Positions 8,169-16,210 of a DNA stretch of 42,816 bases are shown here, one piece after another. Position 1 is the stretch's first letter. Each line of letters begins with the position of its first letter. The notes beneath the pieces were generated by a model that ran no database searches, was not told the DNA's origin, and saw nothing but the letters and a program-made list of their open reading frames with translations. A program made the position numbers and the translations under genes. The stretch is from Thermoplasmata archaeon (GTDB lineage Archaea > Thermoplasmatota > SW-10-69-26 > JACQPN01 > JAJPHT01): positions 1-42,816 of the forward strand of contig JAXDQU010000071.1 of assembly GCA_034667685.1 (NCBI GenBank). The letters are read 5' to 3'.

Positions 8169-10151
8169 CTAGCCGACGACGGGGGCCTGGATTGCCTCGA
8201 ACGTGAGGCTGCCCGCCACGAGCTTCTGCATGGTCTCCAGCAGCTTCGCCCGTGGTAGGCGCTTCTGCGCCCCCGTGTCGCGCTCGCGCAGCGTGACGGT
8301 GCCGTCGTCCTTCGACTGGTAGTCGATCGTGACGCAGAAGGGCGTGCCCACCTCGTCCTGGCGCGCGTAGCGCCGGCCGATGGCGCCGCCGTCGTCGTAC
8401 GTCGCCGCGAGGCCCGCCATGCGAAGCTCGCGGTCGATCTCGCCCGCCATCGTGTCGAGGCCGTCCTTCGCCATGAGCGGGAAGACGCCGACCTTGACGG
8501 GCGCGACCTGGGGCGCCAGGCGCAGGCTCGTCCACTCCTTCTTGCCCGCGGGGCTCTCCCACGCGCTCTCCAGCACGGCGTAGAAGATGCGGTCGATGCC
8601 GTACGAAGGCTCGACGACGTGCGGGACGTACCACTCGCCCTCGGCGCGCTCCAGCCGCTTCTCGACGCGGTACATGTCGGACGAGAGGCGGTGCGTCTCG
8701 CCGTCGACGGTGATATCAAGGTGCGCGGGGGCCTGCTCGGGCGCCTCCATCGCGCGCAGGGCCTCCGAGATGGCGCCCGCCTTGCCCTTGAACGTGGGGC
8801 CGAGCTTGGTGGGGTTGGGCACGTAGCGGTTGACCTCGACCTCGCGCGGCTCGGCGTAGCGGCGCATCGCGCGGAGCTTCTGGCCGCTGACGCGCTCGTG
8901 CGCCTTGAGGTCGTAGTCGGTGCGGTCCGCGATGCCGACGATCTCGACCCAGCCAAAGCGCGGGCTGAGGAACTCCGCGTCCCACGTGTCGGTGCTGTAG
9001 TGCGCCTTCTCCTCGCGGCCGTGCTGGCGGAACCGGATGATGTCGGCGGGGATGCCGGCGGTCTCCAGGAACTCGCCGGTCAGCGCGATGAAGTACCCGA
9101 GCGCGCCGTTGGCGATGATGCCCTTCGCGACGGCGTCGCCCATGCGCATGCGCTCGGGGCTCGTCGCGTCGCGGTGCAGGAGGTTCAGCTCCTTTCCGGC
9201 GAGGCGCTCGTAGGCGGGCCAGCTCTTCGCCTCGGGGTCGAAGAAGACCTCCGCCTCCATCTGGTGGAACTCGCGCAGGCGCAGCAGGCTCTGGCGCGGG
9301 CTGATCTCGTTGCGGTACGCCTTGCCCACCTGCACCGCGCCGAAGGGGAGCTTCTCGCGGAAGAAGCGGTAGAGCCAGCCGAAGTCCATGAACATGCCCT
9401 GCGCGGTCTCCGGGCGCAGGTAGCCCACGCGGCCGCTGCCCGGGCCCACGGTGGTGCGGAACATCAGGTTGAAGGCGTGGATGTGCGCCGTCTTGATATC
9501 GAGCGGCTTGTTGCACGAGGGGCACTTCACGACGTCCTCGTAGAGCGTCTTGCCGCCCTTGGCGACGCGCACGGTGAGGTGGGTCGCCTGGACGTGCACG
9601 CCCTCGTGCTCGCCGTGGTAGAGGACCTTCTCGTGGAACATGACGGCGTTGCCGTGCAGGAGATCGGTCAAGTTCTCGGGCGAGGGATTGCGGTCCGCCG
9701 ACTCGCGCACCTCCTCGATCTTCTGGAGCAGCGCGTCGGCCAGCGAGCCCGCGTGCGCCTTGCGGATCGCGTCGGAGGCGCTCTCGCCCAGGCGCTTCCA
9801 CTCGTTGCGCACGAGGTGGTCGCCGCGGTTGCCGCTGCCGCACTGCACGCACTCGATGACCGTGTCGGCGAACTTCTCCAGGTGGCCGGAGGCGCGGAAC
9901 ACCTGCTCGGGCGAGATCGTGGGGCACTGGATCTCGGCCATGCCCTCGCCCAGCACGTAGTGGCGGCGCCAGAGGTTCTCGAGGTTCGTCTTCAGCGCCG
10001 CGCCAAGCGGGCCGTAGTCGAAGAAGCCCGCCACGCCGCCGTAGATCTCGTAGCTCGGCTGCAAGTAGCCGCGACGCTTGAGCGTCGCCATCAGTTCCTC
10101 ATGAATGTCGGGGCGGGCCGCGCCGGATTGCGCGGAGGCGGGTGCGGGCAT
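8169..10151 (-). CDS. glyS: Glycine--tRNA ligase, archaeal/eukaryotic alpha2 type
   Basis: YEIYGGVAGFFDYGPLG, YLRPETAQGMF, FHQMEAE, HVVEPSYGIDR, IGRRYARQDEVGTPFCVTID. Confidence 0.96.
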   Translation of the reverse strand: MPAPASAQSGAARPDIHEELMATLKRRGYLQPSYEIYGGVAGFFDYGPLGAALKTNLENLWRRHYVLGEGMAEIQCPTISPEQVFRASGHLEKFADTVIECVQCGSGNRGDHLVRNEWKRLGESASDAIRKAHAGSLADALLQKIEEVRESADRNPSPENLTDLLHGNAVMFHEKVLYHGEHEGVHVQATHLTVRVAKGGKTLYEDVVKCPSCNKPLDIKTAHIHAFNLMFRTTVGPGSGRVGYLRPETAQGMFMDFGWLYRFFREKLPFGAVQVGKAYRNEISPRQSLLRLREFHQMEAEVFFDPEAKSWPAYERLAGKELNLLHRDATSPERMRMGDAVAKGIIANGALGYFIALTGEFLETAGIPADIIRFRQHGREEKAHYSTDTWDAEFLSPRFGWVEIVGIADRTDYDLKAHERVSGQKLRAMRRYAEPREVEVNRYVPNPTKLGPTFKGKAGAISEALRAMEAPEQAPAHLDITVDGETHRLSSDMYRVEKRLERAEGEWYVPHVVEPSYGIDRIFYAVLESAWESPAGKKEWTSLRLAPQVAPVKVGVFPLMAKDGLDTMAGEIDRELRMAGLAATYDDGGAIGRRYARQDEVGTPFCVTIDYQSKDDGTVTLRERDTGAQKRLPRAKLLETMQKLVAGSLTFEAIQAPVVG

Positions 10152-10190
10152 GCGGCGTGGCGAGGGCGCCACGCCTTGAAAAAGATAGGC

Positions 10191-10421
10191 TCAGAGGGGG
10201 CTGTTCTGAACGCACGCGCCGCCGGGCGCGTCGGCATCGAGGCTTTGCGTGACGCAGACGAGGTCCGCGCGGCACGCCGAGTCGATGGCGATGCCCAGGC
10301 AGACGCCGACGGGACCCGCGTCGCAGCCGGAGCCGCCCGCGGGCGTCATGCACGCCGAAGCCGAAGGCGCGAGGACGAAGACAGAGCCGAGCACGACGAG
10401 GGCGAGGAGAAGGGCGCGCAC
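10191..10421 (-). CDS. Small Cys-rich secreted peptide (6 Cys in mature part)
   Basis: GTG start preceded by GAGGTG SD-like motif; signal VRALLLALVVLGSVFVLAPSASA|C. Confidence 0.75.
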   Translation of the reverse strand: MRALLLALVVLGSVFVLAPSASACMTPAGGSGCDAGPVGVCLGIAIDSACRADLVCVTQSLDADAPGGACVQNSPL

Positions 10422-10431
10422 GTCCAACACC

Positions 10432-10809
10432 TCAGAAGCACTCCGTCGTGTAGCAGGGGTCGGGCACGCAGATCGAGCGCGCGTTGCCGATCACGCAGAT
10501 GAGGTTCGGCCCGCAGGTCGCGAAGTCCTGCTCCGTGCAGACCTGGAACGACTCCGCGACGACGTTGACGCACGTCGGGTTGTCGATGAAGGCGAGCGTC
10601 GGGTGGTTGACGCAGACGAGCCCCGGGCACGTGGGCTGGGTCGCGCGGACGCACGCGCCCACGGGGATCGCGTAGCAGGGCATCGCGCCCACGCCGCAGC
10701 CGGGCGGACAGGCGGAGCCGGGGGACTCGGGGCAGGGCGAGGCCGACGCGCCCGGCAGGAGCGCGACGACGGAGGCGGCGAGAGCAAGGGCGAGAAGAAG
10801 GGAGCGCAT
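10432..10809 (-). CDS. Cys-rich secreted peptide (14 Cys in mature part)
   Basis: Signal MRSLLLALALAASVVALLPGASA|; ends CVPDPCYTTECF; GGAGG upstream. Confidence 0.8.
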   Translation of the reverse strand: MRSLLLALALAASVVALLPGASASPCPESPGSACPPGCGVGAMPCYAIPVGACVRATQPTCPGLVCVNHPTLAFIDNPTCVNVVAESFQVCTEQDFATCGPNLICVIGNARSICVPDPCYTTECF

Positions 10810-10829
10810 GGGTCGATCCTCCGGGAGGC

Positions 10830-11051
10830 TCACTCGATGCAACGCGTCGTGCAGGGCGGGTACTCGACGTAGACGGTGCGGCACTCGGTGATGGTTCCCG
10901 CCTGCACGCAGACCGTACAAAGCTCGTTCGCGTTGAACGGGTTGCAGACGGGCAGCGTGCAGTACTGGATCGTGCACGCCTGGGCCGAGGGGGCCACGGT
11001 CACGAAGGCGAGAGCAGCGAGGCAGGCGGCAAGGAGCAGCGCGATTCTCAT
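10830..11051 (-). CDS. Small Cys-rich secreted peptide (8 Cys in mature part)
   Basis: Signal MRIALLLAACLAALAFVTVAPSAQA|CTIQYC...PPCTTRCIE. Confidence 0.78.
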   Translation of the reverse strand: MRIALLLAACLAALAFVTVAPSAQACTIQYCTLPVCNPFNANELCTVCVQAGTITECRTVYVEYPPCTTRCIE

Positions 11052-11134
11052 GGGGGAACCTCTGCGGCGCGGATCCGCGCTCGTGCGGAAACCGGTTTCG
11101 CGGGCGCGCCGGATGGGGTGCAGGCGGCCCAGCC

Positions 11135-11326
11135 CTACGGCAGGACCCCGTCGGTGATGCAGCGCCAGACGAAGCCGCCGTGGATGCCTTGGCCGCCGTA
11201 ATAGACCGGGATGCAGACGCAGCCGACCTGCGTGGGCGAGGTGCACGTCGCGGAGGCGGTGGGGGCGACGTTGGCGATGGCGAGCACGGAACCGAGCACG
11301 ACAAGGGCGAGGAGGATGGCACGCAT
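11135..11326 (-). CDS. Small Cys-rich secreted peptide (4 Cys in mature part)
   Basis: Signal MRAILLALVVLGSVLAIANVAPTASA|TC, nearly the same leader as 10191..10421. Confidence 0.75.
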   Translation of the reverse strand: MRAILLALVVLGSVLAIANVAPTASATCTSPTQVGCVCIPVYYGGQGIHGGFVWRCITDGVLP

Positions 11327-11367
11327 GCGCCCCGAGCACGCTCCCGGCCGATCCAAATGCCTTGCGT

Positions 11368-12066
11368 CTACGGAGGGTTGCGGAACATCACGAGCATCTC
11401 CGCGTCGTCGGGGCGCATCGGCCGCCGCTCGTACGCGCCCGTCACGCCGCCCCAGAGCGCCTCGTGGCGGAAGCCGGCCTCGCGCCCCATGGCGATGACC
11501 TCGCGCGGCGTGAAGGCGCGCGTCGCCAAGGAGAAACGCCGGACCCGACCCTGGGGATCGGCGAGGTCGTAGCCGTCGAGCATGACGTTGGTCGCCGGGT
11601 CGAACGCGGGGTCCGCGCTCATGGCGAACACGCTCATCGCGGAGAGCAGGAACGGCGCGCCGGGCGCCAGGCACGCGCGGACGCTGCGCAGCATCGCGAC
11701 GTGCGCGGCATCGTCGGGCAGCAGGCCGAACGCCCCCTCGCAGACGGAGAACGCGCCCGCGAACCGGCCGCGGAACGGCAGCGCGCGCGCCTCGGCCTGG
11801 ACCCAGTCACCGCGCTGACGCGCGGCGACTGACAAAAGCCCGCGCGAGAGGTCCGCGCCCACGACGCGCCAGGGCAGGAGCGGCTCGTGCCGGCCCAGCC
11901 CGCACGCGACGTCGAGCACGAGCGCGCCCTTCGGGAGCCCGAGCGCCTCCACGAGGAACTTCGCCTCCTGGCGCGTGCCCTTCGTGTACGGGAACCGCAG
12001 GTAGTTCTCGCGGACGTGGTCGCCCAGCGCGCGGAAGGCGAGACCGCTCTCGAACGGGTCGTCCAC
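11368..12066 (-). CDS. Class I SAM-dependent methyltransferase
   Basis: VLDVACGLGRH motif I, VVGADLS motif II. Confidence 0.85.
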   Translation of the reverse strand: MDDPFESGLAFRALGDHVRENYLRFPYTKGTRQEAKFLVEALGLPKGALVLDVACGLGRHEPLLPWRVVGADLSRGLLSVAARQRGDWVQAEARALPFRGRFAGAFSVCEGAFGLLPDDAAHVAMLRSVRACLAPGAPFLLSAMSVFAMSADPAFDPATNVMLDGYDLADPQGRVRRFSLATRAFTPREVIAMGREAGFRHEALWGGVTGAYERRPMRPDDAEMLVMFRNPP

Positions 12067-12088
12067 GCCGCGGCAGCCGCCACCATAC

Positions 12089-12098
12089 TCTTTAATAC
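12089..12098 (+). promoter_or_regulatory. TATA-like box upstream of rpl44e
   Basis: TCTTTAATAC AT island in ~70% GC background, ~130 bp upstream of the ATG. Confidence 0.55.
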
Positions 12099-12224
12099 AG
12101 GCACCCTCGTGGCAGGAATCCCGCCCGGCCAGGGCAGGCCCCCCGAGGGGAGATCCGTTGCACGGCTTCGGCCGTCCGGAATCGCAGGCCTGACGCGATC
12201 GAGCAGGACAAGGAGAATCACCGA

Positions 12225-12509
12225 ATGCTTCGCCCCCGAACGATCCAGCGCTACTGCCCGAAGTGCAAGAAGCACACGGCGCAGGAAGTCGAGCGCGTCA
12301 AGAAGCGCAAGGCGTCCGAACTCAAGAAGGGTCAGAGGCGCTTCCGCCGCGTGACCGCGGGTTACCGCGGCTTCCCGCGCCCGAAGCCCGAGGGCCGCGA
12401 GAAGGCCACGAAGCGCGTCGCGCTCCGCTACCGCTGCAAGACCTGCAAGAAGGCCACGCAGCCCGCGGCGCAGCGCGCCAAGAAGTTCGAGCTCAAGGAG
12501 GCTGCCTGA
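12225..12509 (+). CDS. rpl44e: 50S ribosomal protein L44e
   Basis: YCPKCKKHT ... [16 protein letters not shown] ... [15 protein letters not shown]; precedes rps27e. Confidence 0.96.
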   Translation: MLRPRTIQRYCPKCKKHTAQEVERVKKRKASELKKGQRRFRRVTAGYRGFPRPKPEGREKATKRVALRYRCKTCKKATQPAAQRAKKFELKEAA

Positions 12510-12691
12510 TGGCGCGCCACGGACAGGTCACGAAGTTCGTCAAGGTCAAGTGCAAGGACTGCGGCAACGAGCAGATCGTCTTCAGCAAGGCGGCCACCAA
12601 GGTCTCCTGCGGCGTCTGCGGCGCCACGGTCGCCGAGCCCCGCGGCGGCACGGCCAACTTCCTCGGCGAGATCACGGCTGAGCTGGCCTAA
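12509..12691 (+). CDS. rps27e: 30S ribosomal protein S27e
   Basis: TGATG overlap with rpl44e; [16 protein letters not shown]...[14 protein letters not shown]. Confidence 0.95.
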   Translation: MARHGQVTKFVKVKCKDCGNEQIVFSKAATKVSCGVCGATVAEPRGGTANFLGEITAELA

Positions 12692-12700
12692 GTTTCGGAC

Positions 12701-12734
12701 CGGGCTTTCGAGCCCGACCCTTTTCATTTTCTTC
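12701..12734 (+). terminator. Terminator-like hairpin and T-tract after rps27e
   Basis: CGGGCT-TTCG-AGCCCG followed by CCCTTTTCATTTTCTTC. Confidence 0.6.
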
Positions 12735-12858
12735 TGCGCCAGCGCAGCGTGAGTCCGCGGAACCGGAACGTGACCTCGGCCGCGTCGCGCAGCAGGAGCC
12801 ACACGAGCGCGAGAAGGAGGAGCCCGTCCGTCCACCACGCCCAGGCCTCCGGGATCAC
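12724..12858 (-). CDS. Putative 44-aa single-pass membrane peptide (not in ORF track)
   Basis: GTG start: VIPEAWAWWTDGLLLLALVWLLLRDAAEVTFRFRGLTLRWRRRK, hydrophobic helix plus basic tail. Confidence 0.4.
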   Translation of the reverse strand: MIPEAWAWWTDGLLLLALVWLLLRDAAEVTFRFRGLTLRWRRRK

Positions 12859-12939
12859 GCCGGGCCGGAGCACGGGACGTGGCTTAGGCTCCTCGCATCG
12901 GCGCGCTCACAGGAATCATCCACAGCGCTCGACCACCCG

Positions 12940-13332
12940 TCAGCGCTTGTCGGCGGCGTGCCCCGGCGCCGCGTCCCGGACCCGAGCCGCGACCTGGCCG
13001 GCGGCGCGCACGTCCCAGAGCACGAGACGACGCCCGTCCGTCAGGCGAAGCTCGACGCCCCACGGCCGCGCCCGCGCGTCGGCGACATCCGCAAGCGGCA
13101 CGACGCGCCGCGCCAGCACGAGCCGGTCACCCGCGAGCCGCGGCGCGCGCCGCGCCTGGGCGCGGGCGACGAGCGCGCCCACGAGAAGGCCACCCACGAG
13201 GATCGCCGCCGCCAGCATGATCGAGCCGGCGAAGCCGTAGAGCGCCGCGACGAGGAGCGCGTACGCCAGCGCGGCAAGCAGGCCGAGGGCGTAGCGCGGC
13301 GCGAGCCGCTCCGTCCCTTCGGCGCCGCGCAT
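12940..13332 (-). CDS. Membrane protein, 2 TM plus small beta-rich (bacterial PH-like) domain
   Basis: Two hydrophobic helices then RRVVPLADVADA...GVELRLTDGRRLVL. Confidence 0.6.
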   Translation of the reverse strand: MRGAEGTERLAPRYALGLLAALAYALLVAALYGFAGSIMLAAAILVGGLLVGALVARAQARRAPRLAGDRLVLARRVVPLADVADARARPWGVELRLTDGRRLVLWDVRAAGQVAARVRDAAPGHAADKR

Positions 13333-13380
13333 CGCCCGTTGCACGTCTTGCGCAACGCAAAAGGGCTTTCGTCGTTCTTG

Positions 13381-13399
13381 CCAGGAAACGCCTTCCTGG
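13381..13399. promoter_or_regulatory. Palindromic operator candidate
   Basis: CCAGGAA-ACGCC-TTCCTGG immediately before the wHTH ATG in a divergent intergenic gap. Confidence 0.4.
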
Positions 13400-13404
13400 G
13401 CGCG

Positions 13405-13764
13405 ATGGCGGCGAAAGCGCCGGCGACCGAGGCGCGCTTCCGGGAGGCGTTGCGCTACAAGCACGCCGTGAGCATGCTCCTCGCGCTGGGGAGCGATCCG
13501 CGCCGCGCGTGGACGGTCCAGGACGTCGCCGACTACCACGGGATCAAGGTCGGCCGCCTCGGAAAGCTCGCCCGCGACCTGGAGAGCTACGGGCTGACCC
13601 ATGTGGATCACGTGGAGGGGCCGGCGAACCAACTGGCGTACCGGATCCGCCTCACGCCGCTGGGCCTCCGGCTGGCCGCGTCGCTCCGCGCCCACGCCAA
13701 GGACATGCCGGAGCGCCGCGAGCCGAAGGCGCCCATCCGCCGCCGCTCGCGGAAATCCCCGTGA
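13405..13764 (+). CDS. Winged helix-turn-helix protein
   Basis: WTVQDVADYHGIKVGRLGKLARDLESYGL...YRIRLTPLG pattern. Confidence 0.7.
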   Translation: MAAKAPATEARFREALRYKHAVSMLLALGSDPRRAWTVQDVADYHGIKVGRLGKLARDLESYGLTHVDHVEGPANQLAYRIRLTPLGLRLAASLRAHAKDMPERREPKAPIRRRSRKSP

Positions 13765-13816
13765 TCCTCACCCGAGCACCTATATACAGAAGCCGGCTGA
13801 TGGCCGCGCGTTCCCC

Positions 13817-14608
13817 ATGGTCAAGCGAACCCCGCTGCCCGAGGAAGGCGAGCTCGTCGTCGCCACGGTCAAGGACGTGAAGGGCTTCGGCGCCTTCGTC
13901 AACCTCGACGAGTACCCGGGCAAGGAGGGCTTCATCCACATCGCGGAGGTCGCCGCCGGCTGGGTCAAGTACGTGCGCGACCACGTGCGCGAGAACCAGA
14001 AGATCGTGGCGAAGGTCATCTCGGTCGATCCGAACCGCGGCCACGTCGACCTCTCGCTGAAGCGCGTGAACGACCACCAGCGTCGCGAGACCATCAGCGC
14101 GTGGAAGAACGAGCAGAAGGCCGAGAAGCTCCTGGGCATCCTGGGCGAGCGCATGAGCAAGAAGCCCGAGGACCTGCTCAAGGACTTCGGCATGAAGCTC
14201 GTCGACACCTACGGCTCGCTCTACGCGGCGTTCGAGAACGCGGCGGTCAACGAGGAGGCGTTCGAGGAGGACGGCCTGAGCGGCCCCTGGGTCAAGCCCC
14301 TCGTGGAGCTGGCGAAGGAGAACATCCAGGCGCCCTTCGTCCACGTCAAGGGATACGTCGAGCTCCAGAGCTTCGCCAAGGACGGTGTCTCCGAGATCCG
14401 CGAGGCGCTCGCCGCGGCCGAGGAGTCCGAGTACGAGGACGTCGCGATCGAGGTCCAGTACACCGGCGCGCCGCGCTACCGCATCCGCGTCAAGGCGCCC
14501 GAGTACAAGGTCGCCGAGGAGGAGCTTCGCAAGTCCGCCGACCGCGCGGTGAAGCTCATCGCCAAGAAGGGCGGCGTGGGGCAGTTCATCCGGGGCGAAG
14601 AGGCGTGA
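13817..14608 (+). CDS. eif2a: Translation initiation factor aIF2 subunit alpha
   Basis: LPEEGELVVATV..V..FGAFVNLDEY..KEGFIHIAEV S1 domain; GAPRYRI; CCTATATAC TATA ~35 bp upstream. Confidence 0.96.
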   Translation: MVKRTPLPEEGELVVATVKDVKGFGAFVNLDEYPGKEGFIHIAEVAAGWVKYVRDHVRENQKIVAKVISVDPNRGHVDLSLKRVNDHQRRETISAWKNEQKAEKLLGILGERMSKKPEDLLKDFGMKLVDTYGSLYAAFENAAVNEEAFEEDGLSGPWVKPLVELAKENIQAPFVHVKGYVELQSFAKDGVSEIREALAAAEESEYEDVAIEVQYTGAPRYRIRVKAPEYKVAEEELRKSADRAVKLIAKKGGVGQFIRGEEA

Positions 14609-14775
14609 GCCTCCTGAAGTGCGCCGAGCACGGCTACACGCTGAAGGCCGCGTGCCCCGCGTGCGGCAAGGCGACGGCGCAGCCCGGCCCCGCGAAGTTC
14701 TCGCCCGAGGACCGCTACGGCGCGTACCGCCGCAAGCTCAAGGCCATGGACCGCGCCAAGGGGCGATCCGCCTGA
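14605..14775 (+). CDS. nop10: H/ACA RNP protein Nop10
   Basis: GTGA overlap; KC..HGYTLK..CP.CG....PAKFSPEDRYGAYRR. Confidence 0.93.
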   Translation: MSLLKCAEHGYTLKAACPACGKATAQPGPAKFSPEDRYGAYRRKLKAMDRAKGRSA

Positions 14776-15536
14776 AGGACGTGCAGATCGACCTCACCGA
14801 GCGCCCCTCGCTCGAGAACGCCGTGTTCATCGAGGGCCTGCCCGGCGTGGGCAACGTCGGCAAGCTCGCGGCGGACCACCTCATCGAGGTGCTGGGCGCC
14901 ACGAAGTTCGCGACGGTCACGTCGAAGTACTTCCCGCCGCAGGTGCTCGTGCTGGGCGACGGCACGATCCGCCTCGTGAACAACGAGCTCTACTTCTGGA
15001 AGGCGCGCGAGGAAGGGCAGCGCGACCTCATCATCCTCATCGGCGACTACCAGGGCTTGACCGCCGACGGGCAGTACGTGCTCGTCGAGGCCATCCTGGA
15101 CCTGCTATCAGAATTGGGCGTGACGATGATCTACACGCTGGGCGGCTACGGCACCGGCAAGATGCTGGAGAAGCCGCGCGTGCTGGGCGCCGCGACCAAC
15201 CGCGACCTCGTCAAGGACCTCAAGAAGAAGAACGTCGTCTTCCGCAAGAACGAGCCCGGCGGCGGCATCGTGGGCGCCTCGGGCCTCTTCCTCGGTCTCG
15301 GCCTGCGCCGCGGCATGCAGGGCGTCTGCCTCATGGGCGAGACCTCGGGCTATCTCGTCGACCCCAAGAGCGCGCAGAGCGTGCTGGAGATCCTCAGCGA
15401 CATCCTCTCGGTGCGCGTCGACTTCACCGACCTGGAGAGCCGCGCCGAGCAGATGGACAAGCTCGCGCAGCAGCTCCGCGACCTCGAACGCGCCGCGGAA
15501 GGGCCCTCGGACGAGGACCTGCGCTACATCGGCTGA
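14772..15536 (+). CDS. PAC2-family (proteasome assembly chaperone-like) protein
   Basis: IEGLPGVGNVGKLAA, YTLGGY, IVGASG, CLMGETSGYLVDPKSA, C-terminal YIG; conserved synteny after nop10; start uncertain (CTG 14772 or GTG 14781). Confidence 0.9.
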   Translation: MKDVQIDLTERPSLENAVFIEGLPGVGNVGKLAADHLIEVLGATKFATVTSKYFPPQVLVLGDGTIRLVNNELYFWKAREEGQRDLIILIGDYQGLTADGQYVLVEAILDLLSELGVTMIYTLGGYGTGKMLEKPRVLGAATNRDLVKDLKKKNVVFRKNEPGGGIVGASGLFLGLGLRRGMQGVCLMGETSGYLVDPKSAQSVLEILSDILSVRVDFTDLESRAEQMDKLAQQLRDLERAAEGPSDEDLRYIG

Positions 15537-15538
15537 TC

Positions 15539-15757
15539 GCGTTCCTTCTCGCACGAAGGCCGACGGCCGAAGCCTCCGACGACCTCGTCATGTTGGCTTT
15601 GCGCCGCCTCCGGCGAGGAAGACGGAATCTCCGGATCTCGCACCTGGGCCGAGATTCCGTGATTCTGAGATTCAGATGCTTTTCGCGCGGAGCGCGCCCA
15701 CAAGCCCAAGGCATCTTCGGAGGCTCGGCCGTCGGCCTTTCGTGCGAGAAGGAACGC
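15539..15757. repeat. 219-bp element with ~40-bp terminal inverted repeats (MITE-like or structured RNA)
   Basis: GCGTTCCTTCTCGCACGAAGGCCGACGGCCGAAGCCTCCGA ... TCGGAGGCTCGGCCGTCGGCCTTTCGTGCGAGAAGGAACGC; inner ACGGAATCTC/GAGATTCCGT. Confidence 0.8.
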
Positions 15758-15761
15758 CTCT

Positions 15762-16073
15762 TCACGTCTTGATCTGCCGTGCGAACGCGTGGACCCACAC
15801 GGTATCTGAGTCCCGGAACCCGCGCGTCGGGTGGTTCTCGCGCCACGTCGCCTCGAACTCCGCGGGCGAGGCCATGCCTTCCTCGCGCCACACGAGGTCG
15901 CGCGCCTCCGCGAGCGGCATCGCCTCGACGCGCGTCAGCACGAACGCGACGCCCTCCACGTCGAACGCATCGCCGACCGAGCCGAAGCGGCGCGTGCGCA
16001 CGGTGGTGGTCTTCGTGCCGGCGAGGACGGCGGGGCGCCAGCGCGGCTGGAAGGGAAGGCCGACGCGGGCCAT
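15762..16073 (-). CDS. ASCH domain protein
   Basis: F...W...VLAGTKTTTVR (GxKxxTxR) and EG..SPAEF...W...H...VWVHAF. Confidence 0.8.
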   Translation of the reverse strand: MARVGLPFQPRWRPAVLAGTKTTTVRTRRFGSVGDAFDVEGVAFVLTRVEAMPLAEARDLVWREEGMASPAEFEATWRENHPTRGFRDSDTVWVHAFARQIKT

Positions 16074-16074
16074 G

Positions 16075-16185
16075 TTACTTGGCGAGCTCGTCCATGGCGG
16101 CGCGGTGCTCGTCGTAGAGCTTGTCCAGCGATTCCCGGACGGAGCCCTTCGGCTTCTCCCGAAGCGCCTCCACACGACGCGCCAT
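16075..16185 (-). CDS. 36-aa putative antitoxin peptide (not in ORF track)
   Basis: MARRVEALREKPKGSVRESLDKLYDEHRAAMDELAK; C-terminus resembles Doc-associated antitoxin tails; adjacent to Doc-like gene. Confidence 0.55.
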   Translation of the reverse strand: MARRVEALREKPKGSVRESLDKLYDEHRAAMDELAK

Positions 16186-16210
16186 GGTCAGCCGTTCTCC
16201 GCCTCGCTAC

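Noticed and set aside
9513-9851. Intein in GlyRS
   Set aside because: No His-Asn followed by Cys/Ser/Thr splice junction and no endonuclease motifs
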